Positions 1 through 10,962 of a stretch of 64,000 nt of DNA are shown here, in pieces (position 1 is the stretch's first letter; each line of letters starts with the position of its first letter). The DNA is from Halocafeteria seosinensis (lineage: Eukaryota). The stretch lies in the NCBI GenBank assembly GCA_001687465.1, contig LVLI01000079.1, forward strand, positions 1-64,000, in the 5' to 3' direction. The translations under genes were made by a program, and so were the position numbers. Under the pieces are notes generated by a model. It searched no databases, was not told the DNA's origin, and saw only the letters and a list, made by a program, of their open reading frames with translations.

Positions 1-237
1 TTGTGAGTCGCATTCCATGCGGACGTCCACCGGGGCTGGTAACTCACTTGGGGGTGCATCAAGCGCTTCGAAGACCAGTTTCAGTCCCAGCAGCAGGCCT
101 TCGTATTCGGCTTCGTTGTTAGTCTTGTGTGGCCCAACGTACTGGCTTGAGAGGCCTAACTGGAGTTTAGTGCCAGCTGGCCCAACCCTGTAGCATACAG
201 CCCCAGCTCCTGCGTGCCCTGGGTTGCCCCTGCTCGC
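1..237 (-). pseudogene. Ribonuclease HI (archaeal-like/RNase_HI_like) domain fragment, 5'-disrupted, runs off the left window edge
   Basis: Manual translation of 237->1 is an open frame, ASRGNPGHAGAGAVCY...KTNNEAEYEGLLLGLKL...VDVRMECDSQ. It matches the RNase HI motifs (DG)ASRGNPGxAG, TNNxAEY and DS. The leading DG is absent on this strand (in-frame stop at 264-262). Confidence 0.8.
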
Positions 238-344
238 TTTGAAATTCAAAGTTTGAATGGATCAGAGTTTGGGAGTTTCGAAGCTCGAATTGATGGCGTT
301 TATGCACTGCCAGCGATAAAGTGTGGTACTACCACGGCCACGCT

Positions 345-438
345 TACCCAAAGAGAGTTGCATTGATACAAAACGTAGCGATCAAATAGTCTCCAGGAAC
401 CATCTCTTTATTACATTCATGGAGAAGCAAAAGTATCA
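345..438. repeat. ~95-bp direct repeat, copy 1 (contains a minus-strand AATAAA)
   Basis: Aligns to 2684-2778 with 5 substitutions and 1 indel. Identical 44-nt core aatagtctccaggaaccatctctttattacattcatggagaagc. Confidence 0.95.
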
Positions 439-590
439 TCAACGTATTGGAATAGCTGTATCAGTAGGTTCCGTTTTATTACATGTGGCACAACAGTACC
501 ACTCGCGTACATACTGTAGGTATGTGTGTGTGTGTACGGCAAGTATCGCTGCTTCGAAGAAGCATTCTTTGAAAGAAAGGAAAAACACCC

Positions 591-2293
591 TTAGAATGCT
601 TGGTTATTTACGAAGCGATACGCCATCGTATATCCCTGCTCCGGCTTGAATTCAGGTACCATCTGAAAACTCCAAGACGAAAACGTAAAATACGGTACTG
701 ATGGCTATACATCCGCAGTGTTGTACTTACATGACCCGCTCCCTTTACCGTAAGGAAATAGAACTCTTGCTCATATTGGGTAACGTATCCTGCAACTTGA
801 TGGTTAACATACCAAGGTCGCCAGCTACTCTTTACCGGAATACCCATGCCTGAGGTCCACTCTTCGTTGTCAAGATATGGGACGCAGCTGTCTGCGTCAC
901 CATTGTATATCAGCACCCGATAGTTTTTGATCAGGTCGGGGTATAGAGTCTTTGGTTCATCCTCCTGCGTAATTGTATAATTGACCTTGTTCGTGCAGAT
1001 CGACCATTTTCCAGTTGTTGATTCGCTGGCTACATGGATAGCTGATCGCACACTAAGTTGATTCAAATAGGCAGCGGTGGGGCCCCCATAGATGCAAGGG
1101 ACCGGGCCAGGTTGAGGATTTACTGACACATCTGATGTGGCTTTCGCTTGTTCCATGATCTTCTTCTCCAGTTCCGAAATCAGCGGCGAGGAATACTCAT
1201 GATCCAAATCTGACAGAATGCATTTGCCGTACACATTGTAAATGTTGACGGCTCCAATAGACTGCTGTGCCTTCGCTACAGCAGCTTCGCAACTCGTTGA
1301 AGTATTGAACCAATCCGTGCACTCTTTCTGTATTGTTTCCATGAGGGCATCACTATAGAAACCTTTTCTCCCAAGATATTCTGTTCGGTACTTGGCTCCC
1401 TTCGGGTTATTGCAACTTCCAGTATTCTTGCCAGTGCATCCATTGCCAACTGTTGTAAACAGAGCGAAGGAAAACGCGTATATAGTCTGGATGAAACTAA
1501 GTATCATAGACCTGCCTAGCTTACCCATGAATCCTTTGAGATTAACCGGTGGATCCCCATTCTTTCCAGCTCGCTGAAGGATTTGATACGCCAGCGTCGG
1601 GACATACACCCCAGCGTAACTTTCGCCAGCAATGAAGAAGTCATGGTCCCTGTATTCACTGAAGCCTTGGAGGAAGTGCTGAATAGCTTCGTAGTTATCA
1701 TTAGCGGTGACCGAGTCATTGGTCACGTAGCCGGAAGATGAATCGGCATAGCTGAATCCAACACCAGCTGGGGCTTCGATGAACAAAACACTGTAAAATA
1801 TCAATAGCAAAACCAACAGGAGTAATAGTACAAACATAAAGGCTGTTCTAGTTAGGTCATGTAACTTGCTTTGCGAACTTGTTCCACCGGGTCTCTCGTT
1901 CCACTAAGACAGGTCCATTGTCAGTAATGTTGATTCCAAAGGGACCATTCTCAGTGAAGAACCCTCCAAGAGAGCTACAGCCTGGACCACCATTGAACCA
2001 AGCAAGTAGAGGGTCCTTGGAGGGGTCGTTCTCCGATTCCACGAACCAATAGTGCAGGTGTTTAAAGCCCTGTTCAACCGACAGATATCCACTGTATTGA
2101 GCGGTCGGTAAGTCACCGTTCCAACCTGAGATGAATTACCGTGGACTTATAATCATATTCGGAATACAAAACATTGATCAGAGGGCTCACCTGGAAGCGA
2201 TTCAATACGGTCCTGGGAAATGGCGGCTTCAGCTCGGAGCATCCGAAGACATGCGAGACAGAGGAGGGCCAAGCTAAGAGCTGCTCCTTTCAT
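591..2293 (-). CDS. Serine carboxypeptidase (peptidase S10), secreted/lysosomal, spliced
   Basis: Signal-peptide-like MKGAALSLALLCLACL, then WFNGGPGCSS, EAPAGVGFSY, catalytic GESYAG, YNGDADSCVP and TVKGAGH|MVP across GT-AG introns. Stop TAA at 593-591. Confidence 0.93.
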
Positions 2294-2683
2294 TCTTGCT
2301 CTCGCGTTTCTTCGTCTTACCGGTAGAGTTGGCTCTTCTTGGACAAGGGTGCATTGTGGAACAAGGATTGCATTGTGCATGACAACCCTTTGGAAAGTTT
2401 TGGAAGACCAAACTCCTCCACGGTTGCGGAAGAACACATCCTAGGACGTTGGCACGCACGTTGGGTACCCCCGGCCGGCGGCACGCCGGGAGATTCTCTC
2501 TCCGGTCGAGCGTCTCATCCAGCACTCCTGCAGAAGACAAAATCTAAAGGAAAGGCGCGAACCGCCGTAGATGTAGGAACAATTGTATATTCTTATTGTA
2601 CAACCGTGGGATTACATGGAAAACGCAAACATAGGCTACATAGCTTGTACGTTTCACTCAAGTCCGCATTGCCGTCCACGGCG

Positions 2684-2778
2684 TACCCAAAGAGAGTTGG
2701 ATTAATACAAAACATAGCGCATCCAATAGTCTCCAGGAACCATCTCTTTATTACATTCATGGAGAAGCGAAAGTATCA
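2684..2778. repeat. ~95-bp direct repeat, copy 2 (3' flank of the DnaJ gene)
   Basis: Aligns to 345-438 at an offset of ~2340 bp. Confidence 0.95.
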
Positions 2779-2848
2779 CCGAGCTTACAACCTTGTTTTG
2801 TCCGCTGCCAACAAGGCAGGCCGCTCAGGAACGAGTATTGAGTGCTAC

Positions 2849-4004
2849 TCACTTCTTCAGACGTCCCCTCGCTTTCTCCAAATCCTCTTCAGTGGGTTCT
2901 TTGGACGCAGCTTTCTTCGTACCTTTCTTCTGCTTCTTGTTCCCGGAGTTGCTTTTCGTTGATGTCGCATACTTCGCTTCGAGATCATTCAAGAAGGAAC
3001 CACGCTGCGCCTGACGTTTCAGGATCATGGACTCCAATGACCCCATGGATTCTTCTTCTTGCTGAGCTTTACGGGCTTCCGTTGCCTCTCTTTTCGCTTG
3101 CTGTTTCCGTTTTTTCTTCTGCGCAGCGGTGAGCCTTTTTATCTTCGGTATACCTGAGTCCTTCGAGAGATAGGTTTTGATTTCTCCCGTTTTCATAGCC
3201 TGTTCTATGATTTCCACAAAACGATCCTCATCGTCGTCTTCAGCGAACATTATGTTATCGAGCACTTCCGACATATCCCCTTTAAAAGTTACGAACGCTG
3301 TAACACTAGTGCGAATGTCGTTCAACCATAACGTCTGCAGACGGGAGGATGCTGGCCCAACACACCTTTGATAATGTCCTGTCTTTCCTCATCTGATCCG
3401 ACATACTCCTTCTGGAACTTTTCTATTTTACTGGTAGTCACTTTGGGGAACAGATTCCGGAAGTATTCATACCTGCGGGGGAACAGACGTGTGAAAACGC
3501 GACATCCAACCCGAACTAGAAAGCACAGTGAGAACATACCACTGCTCGAACTCTTCACTAATATCAGCCTCATCAATACTTCCATGATCGTCGTAGGCTT
3601 TTCTCTTCTTCTCATCGCTTAGGATGGAATGTACCATACCTAGCGCTTGGAATTTCTTGGTGGCATTTTCACTCTGTTACAGTAAGTACAATGAAAGCAT
3701 AGCCCGGTTGATCGAAGCACTTGATTCATTATCCAATACTTCCTTATACTTACTTTATTTTTATCAGGGTGCTGCAAAGAAATAATGGTATACGAATTCA
3801 AATTCGAATTCAAATGGTGCAATTTCAACATGTGCATGTTCATACACGTACCACTTTCAGCGCCTGTTTCCAGTACGCACGTCGAATATCGTTATCCGTG
3901 GCTTTCGAAGATATTTGTAGTATTTCATACAGATCCGTGGTCCCCAAAGCATCATAAATGGTCTTGGAAACCGAGCCACTGTCGCCCCCGTTTTCGGATG
4001 CCAT
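2849..4004 (-). CDS. DnaJ/Hsp40 co-chaperone, DNAJC9-like, spliced
   Basis: J-domain DLYEILQIS...IRRAYWKQALK|HPDKNK, then YFRNLFPKVT..IEKFQKEYVGSDEERQDI, FKGDM and C-terminal SFLNDLEAKY, as typical of DNAJC9. Confidence 0.85.
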
Positions 4005-4444
4005 CTCGTTCTCACTAACTCGTCACCTGACACACACAATAGCTATCCATCAATGTGTTTTCTACAGAACAAACATGTCGTATCGTATCCGCAAAAAATA
4101 CACAATACAATGCGAATACCAGTAATCATCTATCGACTCCAACCTGTGACAAACTTCAACTTCGTCATCGAAGATGTCTATCGAAGGTGGGAATGATTGT
4201 GCCACCGTGGGATACTATGGTATTACTAGTGATAGTAGTGTTTGTGTTTTATCTAACAATTGTACCATTTGTACCGTGGTAGCTGAAAAACTGCGAGGAA
4301 GAAGTTGCCACACTAGGCAGCTACGGTATGTGTGTGTGTACCACTAAGCAGTGACTATACGAGACCTACCAAGAGAACCAGGCACTTAATTGGTAGACCT
4401 GCATACATGCAAAAATATGCAACAGCGACGGCACATGACGCCGC

Positions 4445-7400
4445 TTAAATGTCGTTACTACCAAAGTCGGAACTAGAGTTCACCTCGAACGGCATTTTCA
4501 TATCTTTACTGCTTCGCGTTGCCAACATCGGATCTTGGAACAAGTTTCGGAGCTGGTCAGTATCTTCGACGCCTCTGCGCTGCCTACTACGCGCACTCAG
4601 AAAAGGAGACGCAAAACGGGACCCGGACCTCCGTTTCACATCACTCTCATCCACACTTCGAGGTCGTGCACCAGGGGTTCCTTTGGGCGGCCTGGCTCCA
4701 TGGGAAGAGAGCCTTTCCATGGCGACAGACACACTCTTTTCTAAATCTTCTATTGTGTCTTCTCGAGAGCTCCTTTCTTCTACAGCACCAAAATATTCGT
4801 CACGATAGCACCGTTGCAAACCTTGTAAAGGGGTCCCACCGGTAACACTATGCGGTGAGTCAGGAAGATTGTCGGTATCAGTGACTCCGAGCAACGGACT
4901 ATGGTGTTGGGAGCCTCGACTAGACTGGTTCTCAGACGACTGAGAAAGTGAGACCTGAGCCTTTGTGTCGGGAGCTTCAGCACCTGCGGGTATGACTGTT
5001 ACTCCCGGCTTGTAAAGCCCGCGATCCACTAGCTGGGTAAAACGAGCCTGCTGCATTTGATTCTGTATTCTATTGACGTATTCCTGAATCGATTCCTGGC
5101 TGTTGAGGCCTTTGGCAGTGATACCATTGCAGTGCGCTGCAGCGTACCATCTTTCAACGACATCCTTATCTGCACCTTCTCTGTGCGATGTCTTCGTCCC
5201 CGACCTGCTACCAGAACGGCATACGTCACCCACGCCCAAGCAGCTGCAAATGGTAGCGCGCTTTCCAGCATCATTCCGCACATACGGAGGAGATGCCCTG
5301 AAGACATGCGGAAGTAACAACTTGGCGACGACTGAATGGGTACCATCTTGGGAAATGTCGGGTTTGGCAATGGACTCCGGGGAATCTGAAATTTGTTTGA
5401 GCTGATGCTGGAGATGAGCTTTCATATGAATAATACTATAATTCAGTTGCAATGAATGGGGCTTCTCTCTAATTTCGTATTCGGCAGTATTCCAGTCATA
5501 GAGGGGCGCTTCCATCTGTTTAAGTAAGTCATGCTGAAAATGCGGAGTAGACTCGAGGGGAACGATCGCATACTTCTTGTCCTCAGTAGACTGGTCATCA
5601 ACTTCTCTATCTTCGAGGGGATCGGTCGTCACCGACTGCGTACAGACCGCGAGGCACTTTGGTGTCGGAATATCCGTGTATCCTAAAATATGCTTGATGC
5701 GATCATCCATCCGCTCTTTGTTCACTGTTTCCTTGACATAAGCATCCTTATGATTATGGTTCCTCACAAACACCTGGCATTCATGAACAAGGTCTCGGTA
5801 CGTAGGGTACCATAGTCGCTGGAAACCACGGTAGCAAATTGTCGGCAGCAATGCAAGCGCAGCCATCAGTGGAAGAACAAACCAAAAGCTCCACGATCTC
5901 AACAACCGAGGTATTCCTCCTTCAACACGTTCATCATCGAAATCGTCAAATACAAGAGCAGCTGGAAACCAAATAGCGATCGAAGCGAGTACTGACAATT
6001 GGAAGAACCAATGATGGAGTGTTGCATGTAAGACGAGACGAAGATTCGTCACAACAATAACGCCCGTCAGAACAACAGAACCAAAAACGTAAACATATTG
6101 TGTTTGACCTTCAAGCTCCGAATCGAAAGCAAGCTTTAGTCCGCATAAGTAGATTGCTAGAGCTTCCCATATTGCCGTGAGCATCCATCCAAAAAAGACC
6201 CAATTGTTCAAACGAGACCCAAGTCTCCCTTCAGAATACACATATGGGAATCGCTGAGATGAATCTCCGTCTATGTCTTGATCCCATATACCAACAACCA
6301 TCGGCGGTAGGCCCGTGTATACTAAGTTGAATGTCTGAATAGCGAACTCTAAATATATCTTTTCGCCGGACCATCCCATAAATACCGTATGAAAAAACTG
6401 TGCCAACGTAAACACAACGTTCTTGTAAAATAAGTACGGCACTAATAGGCTCATTCGACGATAATTCCAGCGACCATGCACCAGTAGTAACCGCTGTATG
6501 TCATGGAACTTGGCAACCGCAAAGTCTGCATTATTCGCCGCTTGGCTACCCTCACTGCCCATGATTCCTACCCCAACATGAGAGCTCACTATCATATCGA
6601 CATCGTTCGCTCCATCTCCTATCGCAAGGCACCTTGAGCCTTGCACTCCACGCTGAATCAATTGGATAATATCCTTCTTGTGACTAGGACTGCATCGACA
6701 ACAAATAACTGTTTCGCAATGCTCCGCTACGTAACACAAGTTATATCTATCTTCAACGCTTGTTTGATCAGCATCCAAGAACCTCGATATTGTCGGGTCG
6801 TCAATCACCAAGGCGTAGGGGTGGGCAGAAATGTTCCCTTGTTCCATCGCTACGCGAAACTCAGTTGCTAAATCCGCTATTTTGGCGGCAGCTTTAGCAG
6901 CATTTTTTATGCCCTTGCCAAGGGTATCTTCGGTAAGGACCATTTTCTTCTGTTGGCTATGCAGCATCTGTACAGCATAACCGATGTTTATCGCCGTTTC
7001 CTGCTTGTCACCGGTGAGCCTGCGCTAAGAGAGATTCCTCAAGACGGATGCGCCATAGGCTAGAGCATCGATGCTACTTACATATACATTCGAACGCCAG
7101 CGTCAGCTAAGGTTGCAATAGTCGTACCAACGTGTTCTTGTAAACGATCTTCAATGCCAGTTGCTCCCTGCGAAGCCAGCCAACAAATTGCTTGTGGAAA
7201 CAAGTTCTAGACTCTCTGTGACGGAGAAATTCATACCTGAACGATAAAGTCCCTTTCAATTTCGGATATTAGTTTGTCAATTTGATTGGCCTCTTTTTTT
7301 GCCTTTTTCTCGCGCTCGTTTACATCGCTGTCGACCACTCTATATCGCGAAAACCAGTCGATAGCGTAACGGCTATCCAATGGTTTCCAAGCAAAAGCCA

Positions 7401-7662
7401 TAGTTCGTAGCCCATCTTCTGCCCATTCGGTCATATGATACTCAGCTGCCGCTGCGGCGCGTTGCTCTTCAACAGTATGAAGTGATCGGGACATAAGCGA
7501 ATAAATCTTCGAATCGGCTCCTTTGGCAAACATCATGTAAGAGTTGGAAATTTCGTCCAGGACAATCGTGGACATCATTTTCCTTTCCTGTGAGTATGCT
7601 AAGTCAGCAATGATTCGGTATTGTACCTCCTGCAATAGTGAAAATAGTTAGGTATAGCAAAC

Positions 7663-7710
<48 letters not shown>

Positions 7711-10431
7711 AGACTTACGATTCCGAAAATACCAAGCGTAACTATATCCCTTTTCCTCTGTTTGAATTCATAGCCGCAAGTCTTAGCCATATAGACAAAA
7801 GCTTCTTCGTCAGGAGAGCTGGCACTGTATCGTTCTTCCACGAAATTACCATCCTCGTCTCTGTGCACTTCGATCTCCACGCTATGATCGAGTGCTAGGT
7901 GAAGAAGCATTCGATGAAGTGCTAGAACGTGTTCGTTCACTCCTTCAGCTGCAAGGAGATGAGCAATATGGTCACCAGCATGCCCTGACATGTACACCTC
8001 TTTCCTTGGACAGTTCAGCTGTTTTTCGCCGTGCTTTCCATAGTACCGCAGAATGACTGCTTTTATTTGCTCTAAATCCTCATACAAAAATCCTGTCGAC
8101 AACGACGTAGTTGGGGACTTCGAAAATGAGCGTGCTAATGTTCGACGTTCTCTTTCTCTTTGCCGCGCTGCGGCGAGCCAGGAGGGGACTTCAAAACCCA
8201 CCTCCTGGCTGCCACAATTTTCCTTGGATTCCCCATCGACGCTTGATTGTTTCGTTTGGGATAAATATTCTTCCCAGTGTGTGCCGTCATCATCGCTTCC
8301 ATCCAAAAAGGTAACATGTGGCGTATTTTGTTTTGAAGAAGCTTGCTTTTCCAAAAGAGCCTCCAATTCTGAGACATCTTCACCTTGGCGGCGCCTTCGA
8401 ATTACCCCTATGGGCGTGGTTCCCAACCCATACGCGACGCCATTAATACTAATCTTGCGAAAATCAAAACTATTAACGGTTAACGTCCCTGTTTTGTCAC
8501 TGAAAATATGTGTAACCTGACCTAGTTCATCGTTAAGATCCATTGAGCGGTCGGTTGCACGGTAGTCACCTTGCACGCCATTTGTTTTCTCCAGCATCGT
8601 CGTATCGACATGATGCATCTCCTCATCGAATTCGATGAAGAACTTTTGCAACTGCCGAGCAAGTTTCATGCTTACATAAAGCGAAATCGGAATCAGCTGG
8701 GCGTTGAGCAAAAAGAAAGTAAAAAATCGTTGAATAAATATCACGACATCCCCTTCGCTTCGCTGATTTAGCGCTAGATAAAACGCAGAATCCTTGTTTT
8801 CTTCTTGCCAAATTGTGTGACCCACCGCTCCAATGACGCAGAGAACGACCAAAAGCCCTAGTTGGCGTACAATAAAACGGTTAATTGCTCCATCGACAGA
8901 ACTTAGTTTGCTCGGTCTTTGTTTTTGAGCATTTACGCGTATTTTTGTTTCCTCGCCGGTGTAAACGACAAGGCCGTAAATGTACTCACAGTTATGCAGT
9001 TCACATCCACGAAGCAGCAGATTATTCTCCATCAAAGAAACATTTTCATTCCTCACTTCCGGCGTATTACCCCAATATAAGGTAGCGGAAAACCGCTCAA
9101 AATGAGGGTCGGGCGCACTCGCTTCAACCCATCCTCGAAACTTGGCTATGTTACTGAGATTGCTGAAGAAGTCCACCGACTGATGTGGTGCCTTCTTTAG
9201 TTTTAAATTGCTTTCGCCATCGAGTTGGGCAGTCTTGACGAAACATACAGCATTTTCCTCCGGATCTTCATTGACAGCGCTAAGAAACACGATGTCTGCT
9301 GGGAACGTCTCGCCAGCCTTGATTTTGACAATATCACCAACCTGCAAATCTTTCCACGCAGTTCTTGCAAAACCCACTTTCCGACGTTGATGATTCCTAT
9401 CCATAACAGCAGCCAGATTCCGATGACTACCTTCTATATTCTTTCCGTCTGTTTCTTCTTCAATGTTGAACCGACTTCGCCGTCGTCGTCGACAGACATG
9501 GTCGCCTCCGGGTTCCTTGCCATCCTCTTGTTTTGAGGGAGAGTGCACTCCCCTGAACACAAGGGTTGTCGCGCCGTTTGCCTTCGCATCTTCCTGGTGC
9601 CTCCGATAGTCTTCGATTGCAGTAAGTATGCCATCGAACGCAAGCACAAAAGACAACTGCAGGACCAAGTACTTGCACCAATAACAAATTGAACCAACGT
9701 ACAGTGAGCAACTTACAGGAAGCGCTTGTGTTGGTAAGCCTTCCGTGATAGAAATAGAGGGAATGGTTTGGAGAATAGTCACGAGAAGGAAATAGACGTT
9801 TGCTGCAAAAACATATCAACACCATGTAACTCGCCAACGGTGGCACTAGTCGTAGTAACTTGGGATACGTACCAAAGCGCTGGAACTGAAACCACAAAAA
9901 CTTGAAAACGAAGTTGAGGACAGTGTACCTCGAAGTAGTCACCACATTGCTCGCAAATTTCTGCTGCTCATTGTGGATGAATGCTTCGTCACAAGTATGA
10001 GCTCGTAGGGTACGTGGTCCACTTGGCGCTTCGGGTTCAACGAATTGATTGCGAATAGTTTGTCGAAGGGAAGAGAGAGTATTCTTCATCCATTGTCTAG
10101 TGTTCACGTCATTTGAATCATCAGTATCACCATCTTTAGAAACAGTTCCCGGGTCGTACCCCGGGGAGGCTGTTTGGTTCTCCAGGAACGGACGGGGAGA
10201 TGAAAAAGCGGCCGAGTCAGTTTCCTCGTGCTCTTCCCTAAGTGGTGATTCACGGTGACTATGAGGCGAACTAGACCCATCCTCGAGCTGTTCAACAGGT
10301 ATATCCGAGTCCTGCTTCTCGTTAGTCATTGCAGAGGAATATGTTTGGGGACTTGCGCGAGTCCCTCTACTTGTACTGCCAGTTCCAGCTTTAGATTCCA
10401 GGTGTTCACCATTAGTTACGTCTCGATCCAT
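4445..10431 (-). CDS. P4-type ATPase (phospholipid flippase), spliced, with a long low-complexity C-terminal tail
   Basis: LDGESNLK (A domain), IPISLYVS (P4-specific PISL), FSDKTGTLT, ASSPDEEA, LTGDKQETA, CLAIGDGANDV, LLLVHGRWNY. Confidence 0.95.
7666..7706. repeat. (GA)20 microsatellite inside a P4-ATPase intron
   Basis: Uninterrupted GA run. It reads as a (TC)n pyrimidine tract in the minus-strand pre-mRNA. Confidence 0.97.
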
Positions 10432-10962
10432 CCTTTACCTTCGGTGTCTCCTCTCTCCGCGTAGCAGTTCCATGGGGAACCGACCTGGCTTCCGTACAGC
10501 ACTCACAGCTACGCCACATACACCAGTGGAGGAATTTTGAGCCACTGGGGTCTCAAAATTACCGGGTACCGCAAGAGAGACAAGTACGAGCAAGAATGGA
10601 ACGCAAATTAATAAGCCACACAAACAATTCTCTTCCTCTCGTATATACTGGACTTACGCAGGGTGGTGTGTACCCCAAACAACAACACTCTGTGCGCGTC
10701 ATAATGGTCTCCGAGATGATAACCGAACAATCTTTTCTCATCCTCAATGCCCCTTCGAACGAGGAGACCTCGCCCAGACCCATGCTGGTGCGTGAATGGG
10801 TTGATTGATAGGGTGAGTGATACATGGAACTGCACGATTGAGATGCTGATATAGCAGTGGTATTGCCCTGCACTCGATGGACTGTCGTGGCCACTGTGAA
10901 TTCACTTGTGGAGAGAAATGAATGAAGTCTGAGATGCGTCAAGTAGCATCTGGGTTGCTACA

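Noticed and set aside
323..649. ORFs 323-649 and 2339-2962 sharing IVSRNHLFITFMEK
   Set aside because: The shared peptide is just translation of the non-coding direct repeat; both ORFs are antisense to real genes.
7599..7720. SLSLSL run at the end of the 727-aa ORF
   Set aside because: Read-through into an intron containing the (GA)n microsatellite.
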